Below are positions 1 through 9,828 of a stretch of DNA of 64,000 nt, piece by piece (the stretch's first letter is position 1; each line of letters begins with the position of its first letter). Made by a program: the position numbers and the translations under genes. The notes beneath the pieces are model-generated. The model was not told the origin of the DNA and made no database searches. It saw nothing but the letters and a program-made list of their open reading frames with translations. The DNA lies in contig OY969699.1 of the NCBI GenBank assembly GCA_963702025.1, forward strand, positions 992,001 to 1,056,000. The letters are read 5' to 3'. This stretch comes from an uncultured bacterium. GTDB taxonomy: Bacteria; Babelota; Babeliae; Babelales; Vermiphilaceae.

Positions 1-240
1 AATATTTAGAACGTATTGGGATTACCGGTATACTGGATAAGTTGTTCATTGCTCAAAAAATGAAGACGGACGCCGTCCTTAGAGCTAATCGAGTTGATCT
101 TACAAAAGAATCAGCTGGGACAAGAAAAAAAATTTGTAAGTTTACGCAGGGATTAACCACTATTCGTTGGCGTCATTATTCTTTTTAAAATCGTCTTTCG
201 TTATGGTATTATAAAATAATACACATAAAGGAGGAACAAA

Positions 241-879
241 ATGACCGTTACTAAAATTGCCAACCCAATATCAGTAGAGCAAGAACGAATAGATAAGTGG
301 GAACAGCAAAAAGCAAAAGAATCTCCCAGCTTTTCTTATGAACAATCTATTGATCCTAACGCTAACGGTGATAAGAAAGTTCAGCTCAGAACTACCCTGG
401 AAAAAAAAGATCTAACCTCTGCTCAGCGTAATAAATTGCATCTGGCAAATTACTGTGCGATTTCCGGATCTGGTAGTTTGGAAGTGGGCCACATGCTGTT
501 CGAGCAAACCATGAAGGGATTCTTCAGTGCTGAGGACTATGCTCAAGTTGCAAATGCAATAAACTCTGCACTTTTATCGATGGCCCCTGCTGATATTATC
601 GAGGGCCAATTATGTGCCAGGCTGTTAGTTCTGAATAACCAAATAGCCGAATACATGAGCAGAGCAGCTTTTTCTACCCAGACATCTGAAGGCAGAGATT
701 TGAATATCAATCGAGCAACTAAGCTTATGCGTGTCTATAATGAAACCTTAGAAACGCTCAATAAATATAGGCGCAAGGGCACGCAAACATTAACGGTTCA
801 ACATGTTAATGTGGAAAATGGTGGGCAAGCAATTGTTGCCGGTCAATTGAACCCGGGTGGGACCAATGAAAAAAAGTGA
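241..879 (+). CDS. Hypothetical protein of the type found next to HGGxSTG genes (phage-associated)
   Basis: 212-aa ORF with GGAGG RBS. C-terminus LETLNKYRRKGTQTLTVQHVNVENGGQAIVAG resembles proteins that usually neighbour HGGxSTG genes. Confidence 0.6.
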   Translation: MTVTKIANPISVEQERIDKWEQQKAKESPSFSYEQSIDPNANGDKKVQLRTTLEKKDLTSAQRNKLHLANYCAISGSGSLEVGHMLFEQTMKGFFSAEDYAQVANAINSALLSMAPADIIEGQLCARLLVLNNQIAEYMSRAAFSTQTSEGRDLNINRATKLMRVYNETLETLNKYRRKGTQTLTVQHVNVENGGQAIVAGQLNPGGTNEKK

Positions 880-890
880 AGGAGTAGCCC

Positions 891-1139
891 ATGTTCGCAA
901 AATTATGCGGTGCAAAAGCGAGAACTAATAATCATCAACCATGTCGCCAGCCAGCTATGTTAACCAATGGCCGCTGCAGATTACATGGTGGTAAATCATC
1001 GGGTGCAAAGACTTCTGAGGGTAAAATAAAGTCGGCCCAAGCAAATTTGAAAAACGGCAATTATACTCATCATGCAATATGGGAACGTAAAAAAATGCGC
1101 ATGATGATGAAGTGGCGCAATGATTTAGAATTGGGGTAA
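891..1139 (+). CDS. HGGxSTG domain protein
   Basis: CGAKARTNNHQPCRQPAM..NGRCRLHGGKSSG matches the HGGxSTG motif; AAGGAG RBS upstream. Confidence 0.8.
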   Translation: MFAKLCGAKARTNNHQPCRQPAMLTNGRCRLHGGKSSGAKTSEGKIKSAQANLKNGNYTHHAIWERKKMRMMMKWRNDLELG

Positions 1140-1318
1140 TACGATGACAGAATTGCACCCTCGGCAAAGAACCTGAAAATGAATATTGCATGCCTGATCC
1201 GCTAAATAATTACTAATAGAAATTATTGGTTGAGCTGGGAATTGACTATCTATGTTATTGATGCTATAATTCATATGAATGTGTAAATAGGTCTCAATTT
1301 ACGTTTTGGCGGTTATCT

Positions 1319-2278
1319 ATGAAACAAATCATATTCCTTCTTTTTTTCATCATCCTACCAAGTCAATATGCTTTGGCAGATTTCTTTGCTTTCAGAAAAT
1401 TAGTACATCCACAAACAAAAAATGCCGTGTATCTATTGTATGCTACGCATGCCAGTATTATCGGGGATTCTTCACGAGAAGAAACGTTGTTAGCAGAGAT
1501 AGATTTACTTGTTGATGAGATGGCCAGTAATGCTCAAAGAAGAGAGAATTTTTTTGATGCGTGTAAGCATCGCCAGGAATCTCTGGAAAAGATTACCAAT
1601 AAACTTAACCTTTTACGCAACAACAAACCAAATCTCGTCAAACAACACAATGATCTTGCAGAGGTTGTTAAAAAACAGCAAATATCTTTAATCAATGAAG
1701 ATTGGAGCGATTTAGAACAGAAGCTTATGTTATTCCCTTTCGGTGGCGATTTTAGAAACTATTATGTATGTCCCATTCTGGGATATCAAGAAAAACATAA
1801 TGATCATGTGTACCAAGTAAATGTTTCTCCTCTATTGGGGATGGGTAAAACAGTTACCGGTAAGTTCACTGAATGTAAGTTTGTTCCTGTTGACAATGCT
1901 TTTTATTATAACCCTGATCGAAGAAATTGCCTTTTTGCCAAATGCCATTATCAGGGAGGCACGCAAGAGGTCGATGAGAATACCTTGTATGCAATTAACG
2001 AGTTATTCACGGAATATCATCAAACCAGGGTTGTTGTTGCAGAAGGATATAACCATTGTATAGCTATTGCGCATGAATTGGTTACCAATCAAGGGTATGT
2101 TGCAGAAAAAATATTCGTTGCCCCTGAGTTGGCAATACAGCACAACGGTGATCTTGCACTGTTTCTTGCGGCACTAGAGAATAATGATTCAATTCAAACA
2201 GAGCGCATAGAAGAGAGTTATCCTGCATTAACGTATACACTTATTGCGAGTCCCTTGGATATTGAAACTCTTTTTTAA
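1319..2278 (+). CDS. Secreted hypothetical protein
   Basis: 319-aa ORF with signal peptide MKQIIFLLFFIILPSQYALA. Confidence 0.7.
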   Translation: MKQIIFLLFFIILPSQYALADFFAFRKLVHPQTKNAVYLLYATHASIIGDSSREETLLAEIDLLVDEMASNAQRRENFFDACKHRQESLEKITNKLNLLRNNKPNLVKQHNDLAEVVKKQQISLINEDWSDLEQKLMLFPFGGDFRNYYVCPILGYQEKHNDHVYQVNVSPLLGMGKTVTGKFTECKFVPVDNAFYYNPDRRNCLFAKCHYQGGTQEVDENTLYAINELFTEYHQTRVVVAEGYNHCIAIAHELVTNQGYVAEKIFVAPELAIQHNGDLALFLAALENNDSIQTERIEESYPALTYTLIASPLDIETLF

Positions 2279-2439
2279 AAAATGGATATAAAAATCAATA
2301 ATCAATTGTTAGTGACTAAAAAGATTTGAGTTTGGTAGTCTATAACTACAGAATCTGAATTTCATAAAAAATGCCTCAATGGATCTGCCAATAAAAAGGT
2401 TAATTTTTGTAGGGTATGTATAGAAAGGGGGAAATTAAG

Positions 2440-2880
2440 ATGTCTAAAAACAAGATCAAGAAACCATTATTTGGTAAAGAACCGGAAACTGAAGAGGAAT
2501 TCCAAGCGTTGGGCAATACCTTGGTGCTCTGGGCAGAAAAAGAAAGCTCGCTCAATATTGATGAATTTCCCTTGAGCCATCGGATATTGCCTGAAAAATT
2601 AAAAGAGTTTGCGAAAAAATCAGATTATTTTGATCGAGCTCTGCAGTTTGCTCTTTCAGTTATTGGTACGCGCCGAGAACGGCTTGCGATGGAGGGTAAG
2701 ATTAATCAACGAATCGTTCTTGCAACGATGCCGCTTTATGATTCTACCTATAAAAATTGGATACTTAATTTGAAAAATCCGGAAGAGAGTGCGCAGCCTA
2801 CCACCTTGAACGTTTATATGGGGGATTTATCATCAGGTGATGCTACTCTAGAAACCTCATATACTATTCCAAAACGTTGA
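2440..2880 (+). CDS. Hypothetical protein, possibly phage terminase small subunit/DNA-packaging-like
   Basis: Helical protein (FDRALQFALSVIGTRRERLAMEGKIN) loosely resembling small terminases; lies near the HGGxSTG gene. Start at 2440 or 2416. Confidence 0.4.
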   Translation: MSKNKIKKPLFGKEPETEEEFQALGNTLVLWAEKESSLNIDEFPLSHRILPEKLKEFAKKSDYFDRALQFALSVIGTRRERLAMEGKINQRIVLATMPLYDSTYKNWILNLKNPEESAQPTTLNVYMGDLSSGDATLETSYTIPKR

Positions 2881-2896
2881 TAAAGGGGATCTGATA

Positions 2897-3910
2897 ATGA
2901 AATTCAGTTCAAGATATTTGATTTTTTCAACCATGTTCTCTTTTTGTATGAGTAGTGCTGGAACTATCATTTTTTTGAATGGTACATCATCTGCCGGTAA
3001 ATCATCAATAAGACGCGCCTTGCCAGCTTTGCTTGAGGACCATACGGAGATTGTAGATATTGATCAGGTAGCATTAGAGATGTTGCAAACAATAATTAAA
3101 GAACGGCATTATATGCCTGATAAGAATCTTGATATATTTTCCTTGGTTGCGAGCGTACCTGAAAGTATTTTAAGCAAACAAGACGTTATTGACCTTTATC
3201 CGGCAGCTCAAAAAAAGGCTTATGAACTAATAAGAAAATTTTTTTTAGAAGGAAAGAACGTCATAACGGAGACCGTTGTTTTTGGTTACTATGATACTCG
3301 CCAATGTTTGGACGCCTTACATGACTTACCAGTGATGTTTGCTTTTGTCTATTGTTCGCCAAAAATTCTTCTAAAACATGTTTTAGAGCGAAACCAATTA
3401 GATGATAAAGGTGAACATCGGGATATTCTTATTCCCTTTACACATTTTTTGGATGTCTGTAAAAAGCAGGAAGAAGGGGATTATCGTATTGATACCATGA
3501 CTAGGGAAGGTATTAATGCATTATTCGATTCTATTTCCCTTAACATGAACTGTGATTGTCAAAACGAAGAATTATCCGGAGCCATACATTCATTGCATGC
3601 TAGATTCATATCTACTTTTAAATTGCATGAAAAATCAGAGGTGGGGATATCTCCTATACTGAACTATGATTGCATTATTAATACAGAGGCAATGAGCTCT
3701 CAAGAATGCGCAGAACAGATTTTACGTGATGCCCATTTTTCAAAGAAAAATGCACTTGAGAGAAATTATAATATTATGAAGGATATCCCTGTTTCTGGCG
3801 ATGAACGATCCAGCTTAGAATATTCGGGTTATACCATATGGCAAAAGGCAAAGACTTATTCAAAAACTAATCATGATATCCTGCATAGCAATTATATAAA
3901 AAACTTTTGA
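2897..3910 (+). CDS. Chloramphenicol-phosphotransferase (CPT)-like P-loop kinase with signal peptide
   Basis: IIFLNGTSSAGKS Walker A; YDCIINTE..S.ECAEQI tail typical of the CPT family. Confidence 0.75.
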   Translation: MKFSSRYLIFSTMFSFCMSSAGTIIFLNGTSSAGKSSIRRALPALLEDHTEIVDIDQVALEMLQTIIKERHYMPDKNLDIFSLVASVPESILSKQDVIDLYPAAQKKAYELIRKFFLEGKNVITETVVFGYYDTRQCLDALHDLPVMFAFVYCSPKILLKHVLERNQLDDKGEHRDILIPFTHFLDVCKKQEEGDYRIDTMTREGINALFDSISLNMNCDCQNEELSGAIHSLHARFISTFKLHEKSEVGISPILNYDCIINTEAMSSQECAEQILRDAHFSKKNALERNYNIMKDIPVSGDERSSLEYSGYTIWQKAKTYSKTNHDILHSNYIKNF

Positions 3911-4004
3911 ATAACAGCAAGAAGAGATCTTATTTAAACTTTTTTAAAGAATTCTTTGCGTTCTGGCGATGAAAGAGCGTCTATTGGTTTAGGCATGCTG
4001 AATC

Positions 4005-4508
4005 TTACTCTGTTTTGAAGTTAAATACTTCATTAATCTCTTTAATAAGGCCATTATCATCACAAATCAGTTTTTTGATTACCACAATAGTACCTTTCTT
4101 TTGAGTGTGTATCTGAAAATGAGCAATCACCATGTTTTCTTCTACATTTGCTATCGGTAAATCTTCATCAAGAACAGACCAGATCCCAAGGTCTTTTTTT
4201 GCTTCGCAAATCTGTTCGTGGAGGCCTTCTATTGTTGTTGCCACCGGGGTTCTTCCCTGAAGATCATGACAGGTATTTACAAATTTCTTAATGTCGGGTG
4301 TAAAAAGTGCCTTCATGGTGGGTAGTAAATCGCATGTTTCTTTTCGACCGAATTGACTTAAAAATTCTCGATAACGTTCTGAAACCGCTTTTAATGATTT
4401 GGCTTTTGCAGCATACGTTTCATAAAATTCAGCCTTTTGAGGCTCCATTGAAACGCAAGAGCTTTGCAATAAAATAATAGATACTAATGATAAAATTGTT
4501 TTATTCAT
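4005..4508 (-). CDS. Secreted hypothetical protein, possible NTF2/SnoaL-like fold
   Basis: Signal peptide ending CVS-ME; ALFTPD...GLIKEINEVF pattern. Confidence 0.55.
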   Translation of the reverse strand: MNKTILSLVSIILLQSSCVSMEPQKAEFYETYAAKAKSLKAVSERYREFLSQFGRKETCDLLPTMKALFTPDIKKFVNTCHDLQGRTPVATTIEGLHEQICEAKKDLGIWSVLDEDLPIANVEENMVIAHFQIHTQKKGTIVVIKKLICDDNGLIKEINEVFNFKTE

Positions 4509-4586
4509 AAAATACTCCCGATACAGAAGGCTGAAAATAGGTACTATTTAATAGTAGTGATAAAATTTCTCTCTATCAAGATACGA

Positions 4587-4949
4587 TTAACGATCGGCTT
4601 TATCCATTAAAAGCATCTTTATTCTGTTGGGTAAATCAGCTTTACCGGCTCCATACATGATGCCACCGATAGCCACTGCTATCCCGCCCCATTGAAATGT
4701 TTGATTACGTGTTCCTAAATATATATTGCGATCATTGGGGTTTAATGCAACTTTTCCTGCACCATGCAGCAGGCCGGAAAGAACTAAAAGAATAGATCCA
4801 CATCCAGCAATTGCTTTACCGCCATCAACCCACTCCGAATTTTTGTGGTAATTACTTTTTAAGATTCGATTATTTGAGTTCATTTGATGCGATAGAGGGT
4901 ACGTGGTAAGGGAAAAAAAGATGCCAAGAAATAAGAATTTATTATTCAT
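4587..4949 (-). CDS. Small membrane/secreted hypothetical protein
   Basis: Signal peptide MNNKFLFLGIFF and two Gly-rich hydrophobic segments. Confidence 0.55.
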   Translation of the reverse strand: MNNKFLFLGIFFSLTTYPLSHQMNSNNRILKSNYHKNSEWVDGGKAIAGCGSILLVLSGLLHGAGKVALNPNDRNIYLGTRNQTFQWGGIAVAIGGIMYGAGKADLPNRIKMLLMDKADR

Positions 4950-5012
4950 TAAAACCCATGAGTGAATCTGGATTATTAAAAGGGTAAAATGCAATAAACT
5001 TATAATAATGAA

Positions 5013-5609
5013 TCATAGATGTGCTTCTTTAGATTGTAATGCAATTTTATAGACAACTGCTGGGTATGAATGAAACGTTTCTTCTTTCCAAAATTGAAAT
5101 CCGGTTTTTTGAGCAACATTAATTGATGCTGAATGAGATGCTGCGGTAATGAGAACAAGCTCCGGCATTTTAAGCACATCGCAGGCATAATCTCTTATTG
5201 CGCATGCGGCTTCAGTTGCATATCCGCTGCCCCAATATTTTTTGGCAATTTTATACCCCAAATCGATGTATTTCTTTCCATCTCCAAGAGATTGCATGCC
5301 TAGTCCACAATAGCCGATCAAAGCCTTATCGTCTTTTTTAATAAGGGCATAGCGGCCCCAGCCATAATCTTTATACGATTTGAGGAGTTTCTTGTGAAGG
5401 TAGTTGTTAATTTCTTCCGGAGTTAAAGGACCGGTTATCGAATAAGTCATTACGTCTTTGTCACTTAAGATTGGTATAAGGGATGGAGCATCCTCGGGTG
5501 TTAAATACCTAATCTGTAAACGTTGGGTTTCTAAAAGAAGATGGCTTTGTTCCATAGCCACAAGAAAAGTTGTCAGAGAAAGAAGAGAGGTAACATATAA
5601 AATTTTCAT
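5013..5609 (-). CDS. GNAT N-acetyltransferase (RimJ/RimL type) with signal peptide
   Basis: LETQRLQIR, LIGYCGL, YWGSGYATEA, ASINVAQKTGF motifs. Confidence 0.9.
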   Translation of the reverse strand: MKILYVTSLLSLTTFLVAMEQSHLLLETQRLQIRYLTPEDAPSLIPILSDKDVMTYSITGPLTPEEINNYLHKKLLKSYKDYGWGRYALIKKDDKALIGYCGLGMQSLGDGKKYIDLGYKIAKKYWGSGYATEAACAIRDYACDVLKMPELVLITAASHSASINVAQKTGFQFWKEETFHSYPAVVYKIALQSKEAHL

Positions 5610-5644
5610 AGTTGTCCTTGAGTGTTTGAATTCTTTTGCTGAAA

Positions 5645-6151
5645 TTATAGCTTTTCTTCTTTTTCCAAAATATCAAATGCTTTATGTGCCGCTTCATAGA
5701 GCCCATTAGTGATATCACCGGGCTTTAGAATCAAATGGACTTCATCACGTCTAATCCATTTATATGCAATTGCTTTGCCTTCTTCCAGTTTAAATTGTCC
5801 TTCAGCTTCAATCAAATAAACCATATCTTTTACCAGCTTTTGATCATAAGACCAATAAAATTCATGCAGTTTGGCTACTATTTGAACCAATTGCATGTTT
5901 CCTTCCTCAAGCAGTTCACGCTTGATGCACTCTTCAATACTTTCGCCCGGTTCTAGGTGGCCGCCCAAAAATTCCCAGCAATAGGGGAACAATTTCCGAG
6001 AGCCAGATCGTTGTTGAATTAATATCGTTTTATCCTGCTTGTTAGCCACAATAAAATCGATCACAGTCTGCTGGTGTTCATTTTCAGAAACGGTATTTTG
6101 CTTTTCTTGAGTATAGGGAAGATGGTGAATGGTAGTTTTATCTATTTTCAT
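5645..6151 (-). CDS. NUDIX hydrolase
   Basis: Nudix box GGHLEPGESIEECIKRELLEEG. Confidence 0.9.
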   Translation of the reverse strand: MKIDKTTIHHLPYTQEKQNTVSENEHQQTVIDFIVANKQDKTILIQQRSGSRKLFPYCWEFLGGHLEPGESIEECIKRELLEEGNMQLVQIVAKLHEFYWSYDQKLVKDMVYLIEAEGQFKLEEGKAIAYKWIRRDEVHLILKPGDITNGLYEAAHKAFDILEKEEKL

Positions 6152-6394
6152 AGGAGTCTGTTGAGTTTTTGATAGTTTGAAAGCTGAAATATGATAACAT
6201 CGAAAAAAAAGACTGCAAAATTTTTAATTAATTTCTTTTTTATGTAAAATATCTAAACAACCTTCAAGCACGTCCAACAGGAAGCAGAAACTGCATTTAA
6301 AAAATAGGTATATTTTGCTGAATGGGCAACAGAAAATAAAGCAAGAATTGAAACTTTAACAGCGAAATTTCGCAAGTAATTAAGGATTATTGTT

Positions 6395-6772
6395 ATGAAA
6401 AAATTATTATTTCTTTTGCTCTCCCTTGCGTCAATAATTGCAGCAGATGAGCTGCAAAGCGTTTCTCCAACACTTGAAGAAATATCAACATCTAAAATTG
6501 TTGAAATTACTATTAAATGCCTCCCTGAAGGCAGTGATTTTAATGCAAAAGCGTGGCAAGAAATTATTGTTAACGTGAATGATCTGATCAATAAATGTTT
6601 CGCATCAGACAAAGATGAAGTAACGAGTGAGGAAGTCTTTGCAGAACTCCATAAAACGATCGATTTTATTCGTGAAAGAACCGATGCGAATCAAGGGATT
6701 CGTGGCATTTTAGAAATTCATTTAGGACAACCGCCAGCTGAAAATGAAAATACTTCCGACTCAAAGCTTTAA
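6395..6772 (+). CDS. Secreted hypothetical protein
   Basis: Signal peptide MKKLLFLLLSLASIIAA; similar to the N-terminal domain of 7209..8030. Confidence 0.7.
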   Translation: MKKLLFLLLSLASIIAADELQSVSPTLEEISTSKIVEITIKCLPEGSDFNAKAWQEIIVNVNDLINKCFASDKDEVTSEEVFAELHKTIDFIRERTDANQGIRGILEIHLGQPPAENENTSDSKL

Positions 6773-6792
6773 TTTAAAAAACGAGGAATCAT

Positions 6793-7212
6793 ATGGTCAG
6801 AAAAATAATACTAATAATGATTTGCACTATGACCGCTCATGCGATGGAAAATCCTACTCAAGAACAAAAAATAGCCATTGAGGCGATTCGCATGCAATTA
6901 TTGAATGTTTGTCAAAAAGCTTTGCCGGTAATAAAAAAATATACACCTGAAAATGGAGCAATGTTGCATGGATGTACAGAGCTAGCGCTTTCTCAAAAAT
7001 TGTCTTTTGATATTCTAAAATCATGTTATGAAACATTAAAAACATTGGTAGAATCAATTAATCCACGAGAACGCAGATGCGGCTGCCGAAAGTATGATAG
7101 TAGTTTACGACATCCTCCTTGCTCATTTAGAGATCAACGTGCCAAAGCACATTTAGAATTAGAAGCACTATTACAAAAAGTTCGTATAAATAAAAATATG
7201 GATACTATATGA
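6793..7212 (+). CDS. Secreted hypothetical protein
   Basis: Signal peptide ending TAHA-ME; GAGGA RBS. Confidence 0.7.
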   Translation: MVRKIILIMICTMTAHAMENPTQEQKIAIEAIRMQLLNVCQKALPVIKKYTPENGAMLHGCTELALSQKLSFDILKSCYETLKTLVESINPRERRCGCRKYDSSLRHPPCSFRDQRAKAHLELEALLQKVRINKNMDTI

Positions 7213-8030
7213 ATAGAATAATATTCGCATCAATCTTAATTTTAAATACCTTTATTTCTGCTCAATATCCTGAGATACCCACCACTGAGCAACTACTTAA
7301 CACTGATAATTGGGAAATCTCATTCAAATGGAAACGTGATTCTAATAAACAAAATGTCGATATGGATAGTTGGCTGACCATAGCAAATGCCATGCATGAC
7401 TTAGTTATCAAAGGCTATACCTATCCTGATGAAAAAAGCGCGCAGTTACTTGAAGAAGCTTTCAAAACGATTACTTCTTTAAGACACATGCAGCTTAATA
7501 ATCCTTTAAAAGGAATCCAAGAAACACTCTTTGTAGGAGGCCAATCAAGTGCGCAATCAGAAAAACTCGCCTATCCTGAACATACTAATAATATGGTCTG
7601 GCTTGGTTGCCTAACAACCGGTCATAATCCAAATGACGACTCTCTGCAAGAAATTGCAATTATTATCACCGATCCACAGCTCAATATTATTGCTCAAAGC
7701 CCGATATTTGAATTGAATCAGGAATCTGATGTTGATAAAATTGAATTGTTCATCCTTGATTTTGTTAAGCATCATACCAAAGAAAAACCTGCCCTCTTGG
7801 GGCAAGATCGCATTCGTGAATATCGTGCATTGTTAAAAAAATGTATGCCTCATCTTGAAGCATATTTTTCCACGGTCACCATGAACTGTTTTTCAATGCG
7901 TGAATTGTGCATGTTTTGGCAGCTTGAGGTATATCAAAGAAATGAAATACATTCATCATTAGAAGCTGCATATGAGGCTTTGGCTGAGGCAAAATTTTAT
8001 AAAGAAAAGTATTTTACGCAGCAAAAATAA
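7209..8030 (+). CDS. Secreted protein with degenerate oligoribonuclease (Orn, DEDDh)-like domain
   Basis: NNMVWLGCLTTGHNPNDDSLQEIAIIITDPQLNIIA aligns to the Orn N-terminus, but the catalytic acidic residues are replaced. Confidence 0.75.
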   Translation: MNRIIFASILILNTFISAQYPEIPTTEQLLNTDNWEISFKWKRDSNKQNVDMDSWLTIANAMHDLVIKGYTYPDEKSAQLLEEAFKTITSLRHMQLNNPLKGIQETLFVGGQSSAQSEKLAYPEHTNNMVWLGCLTTGHNPNDDSLQEIAIIITDPQLNIIAQSPIFELNQESDVDKIELFILDFVKHHTKEKPALLGQDRIREYRALLKKCMPHLEAYFSTVTMNCFSMRELCMFWQLEVYQRNEIHSSLEAAYEALAEAKFYKEKYFTQQK

Positions 8031-8063
8031 ACTTTCGCATTAGAAATCATTAAAAATTGTATT

Positions 8064-9317
8064 TTATGGTTGCTGCAATCTCATTCCCTCTTTCCATCTT
8101 TTAACATATCGTTCTTGTCTTTGTGCTAAAGCTTTTTTGAGAAGATCAAAGATCTCCTTTCTATCAAGTCCCTTTTCTATAAGATCTTGCGCTAGGCCTA
8201 TAGCGGTTTGGTCATTTTTGTTTCTTATAGTAAGATTTGCTCCCGCATCAATCAATAATGTGACCATTTCTGGATAGCCTTCAGCCACTGCATTATGTAA
8301 GGGAGTATTACCCGTTTGAATACTTTGATTATTAACGTGAGCCCCTTTGGCAATTAACAGTTTTGCTAACTCAGGCTCTCTTCGAAAGATGGCCATATTG
8401 AGAGCAAAATCATCCTTATTATTTTTTATGTTTACATCAGCGCTACTATTAATGAGTAACTTTGCAATATCTCGATTCTGACTATTCAAAGCTAAAAGTA
8501 ACGGTGTATTGCCATCTCCTGCTTGAATATTGGGATTTGCTCCTGCTTCAAGCAATCGACGAGCTATGCCCAGAAGATCCTTGCGATTTGATGCACTAAT
8601 GACAACCAAGGCAGTACCTCCTCCGTTATCTTGCGCATTAATATTTGCACCGGCTTTTATTAAAAAATTAACGATCTCTCGCAATTCTTGAGTTGTAAAA
8701 CTTTCTTCCGGAGAAAAACGTCTAAAGATAGTAATTAATGGTGTTCCACCGGGAGAATATTGGCCCTTCTCTTTTCCATTGATGTTCGAACCATGCTCTT
8801 TCAATAGCTGTATAAACTTTGCATTCTTGATTTGGGTAATATCTAAAGTTGATTTTTCCAGATAATCCTTACCATCAAGTATAATTTTTACCACATATGC
8901 ATCACTGTTGGCGGCCGGATCAAAAGTGAATTGCTGCTTATTAGGACCAGCCCGGCGCGGCGCAAGTTGAAAATCGATAGTCCCAGATTTGAATCTTTCT
9001 ATGTAGAAATTAAGCGCATTAGACATAAATCCCCGATTTGGCAAATCCTGAAATTGTATAGTAAATGATCCCGTTTCTTCTCGCAGAACTGCACTTGGTC
9101 TTGATTCAGGGATTATCGGCAAAGCCTTTGGCTCTAATATTTTTGTATGATCCCCAATCTTTGCTTCTTCTTTGCCAGGGAATTCTATTTTCCAATCTTT
9201 ATCTGTCCTGTTATCAATCGTTAAAAATACTAATCCATTATACGATTCAGGCTTATCCATAGCTGTCAGACAACCTAAAAAGCTGAGCATCAGTAACAGT
9301 ATTCTTTTCATAGCCAT
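8064..9317 (-). CDS. Secreted ankyrin-repeat protein
   Basis: Several GxTPL/TAL...LLxxGAD/N repeats; signal peptide ending CLTA-MD. Confidence 0.9.
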   Translation of the reverse strand: MAMKRILLLMLSFLGCLTAMDKPESYNGLVFLTIDNRTDKDWKIEFPGKEEAKIGDHTKILEPKALPIIPESRPSAVLREETGSFTIQFQDLPNRGFMSNALNFYIERFKSGTIDFQLAPRRAGPNKQQFTFDPAANSDAYVVKIILDGKDYLEKSTLDITQIKNAKFIQLLKEHGSNINGKEKGQYSPGGTPLITIFRRFSPEESFTTQELREIVNFLIKAGANINAQDNGGGTALVVISASNRKDLLGIARRLLEAGANPNIQAGDGNTPLLLALNSQNRDIAKLLINSSADVNIKNNKDDFALNMAIFRREPELAKLLIAKGAHVNNQSIQTGNTPLHNAVAEGYPEMVTLLIDAGANLTIRNKNDQTAIGLAQDLIEKGLDRKEIFDLLKKALAQRQERYVKRWKEGMRLQQP

Positions 9318-9424
9318 TTTCTCCTAAAAATAGATTTTTATTTTGAATATATTACAAAAAAGCTTAATTATTCTATAATTATATATATAAAAATAATCAT
9401 GATAGAAAAACATAAGGAAACATT

Positions 9425-9820
9425 ATGCTCAAAAAACTATTTTCTCTTTTAGCTCCGGCATTCTTAATAACCTGCTCAGCTCATGCTAGCCAAGATCCAA
9501 AGTCTTTCAACGCGGAAGAAATTATGCGCATGCAAACTCAGCATGTTTTGGATATCTGCCAGCAAAAACCTGAAAACAAACATTGTGAGCAAATTCGTAG
9601 CATTCTTAATCATTTTCAAAATCCACCCAAATCAAAACTTGCTGTGATCAAGGGCCCATTTTTACCGACTGACCATGCACGCGCAATTCTTCATTTTCAA
9701 ACACAGGATTTAGGCAAAATAATGGGCTGGGATGAAGATCGGATTATGCAAGAAACCACTCTTTTACATACAGCATTGGAAAAAATATTAGCGGAGCCGC
9801 GGCAGCAACAAAAAAAATAG
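9425..9820 (+). CDS. Secreted hypothetical protein
   Basis: Signal peptide ending SAHA; AAGGA RBS. Confidence 0.7.
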   Translation: MLKKLFSLLAPAFLITCSAHASQDPKSFNAEEIMRMQTQHVLDICQQKPENKHCEQIRSILNHFQNPPKSKLAVIKGPFLPTDHARAILHFQTQDLGKIMGWDEDRIMQETTLLHTALEKILAEPRQQQKK

Positions 9821-9828
9821 AGTTAAAA

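Noticed and set aside
3..188. Open frame entering from the left edge
   Set aside because: Only about 61 codons visible and no recognisable motif; cannot be called.
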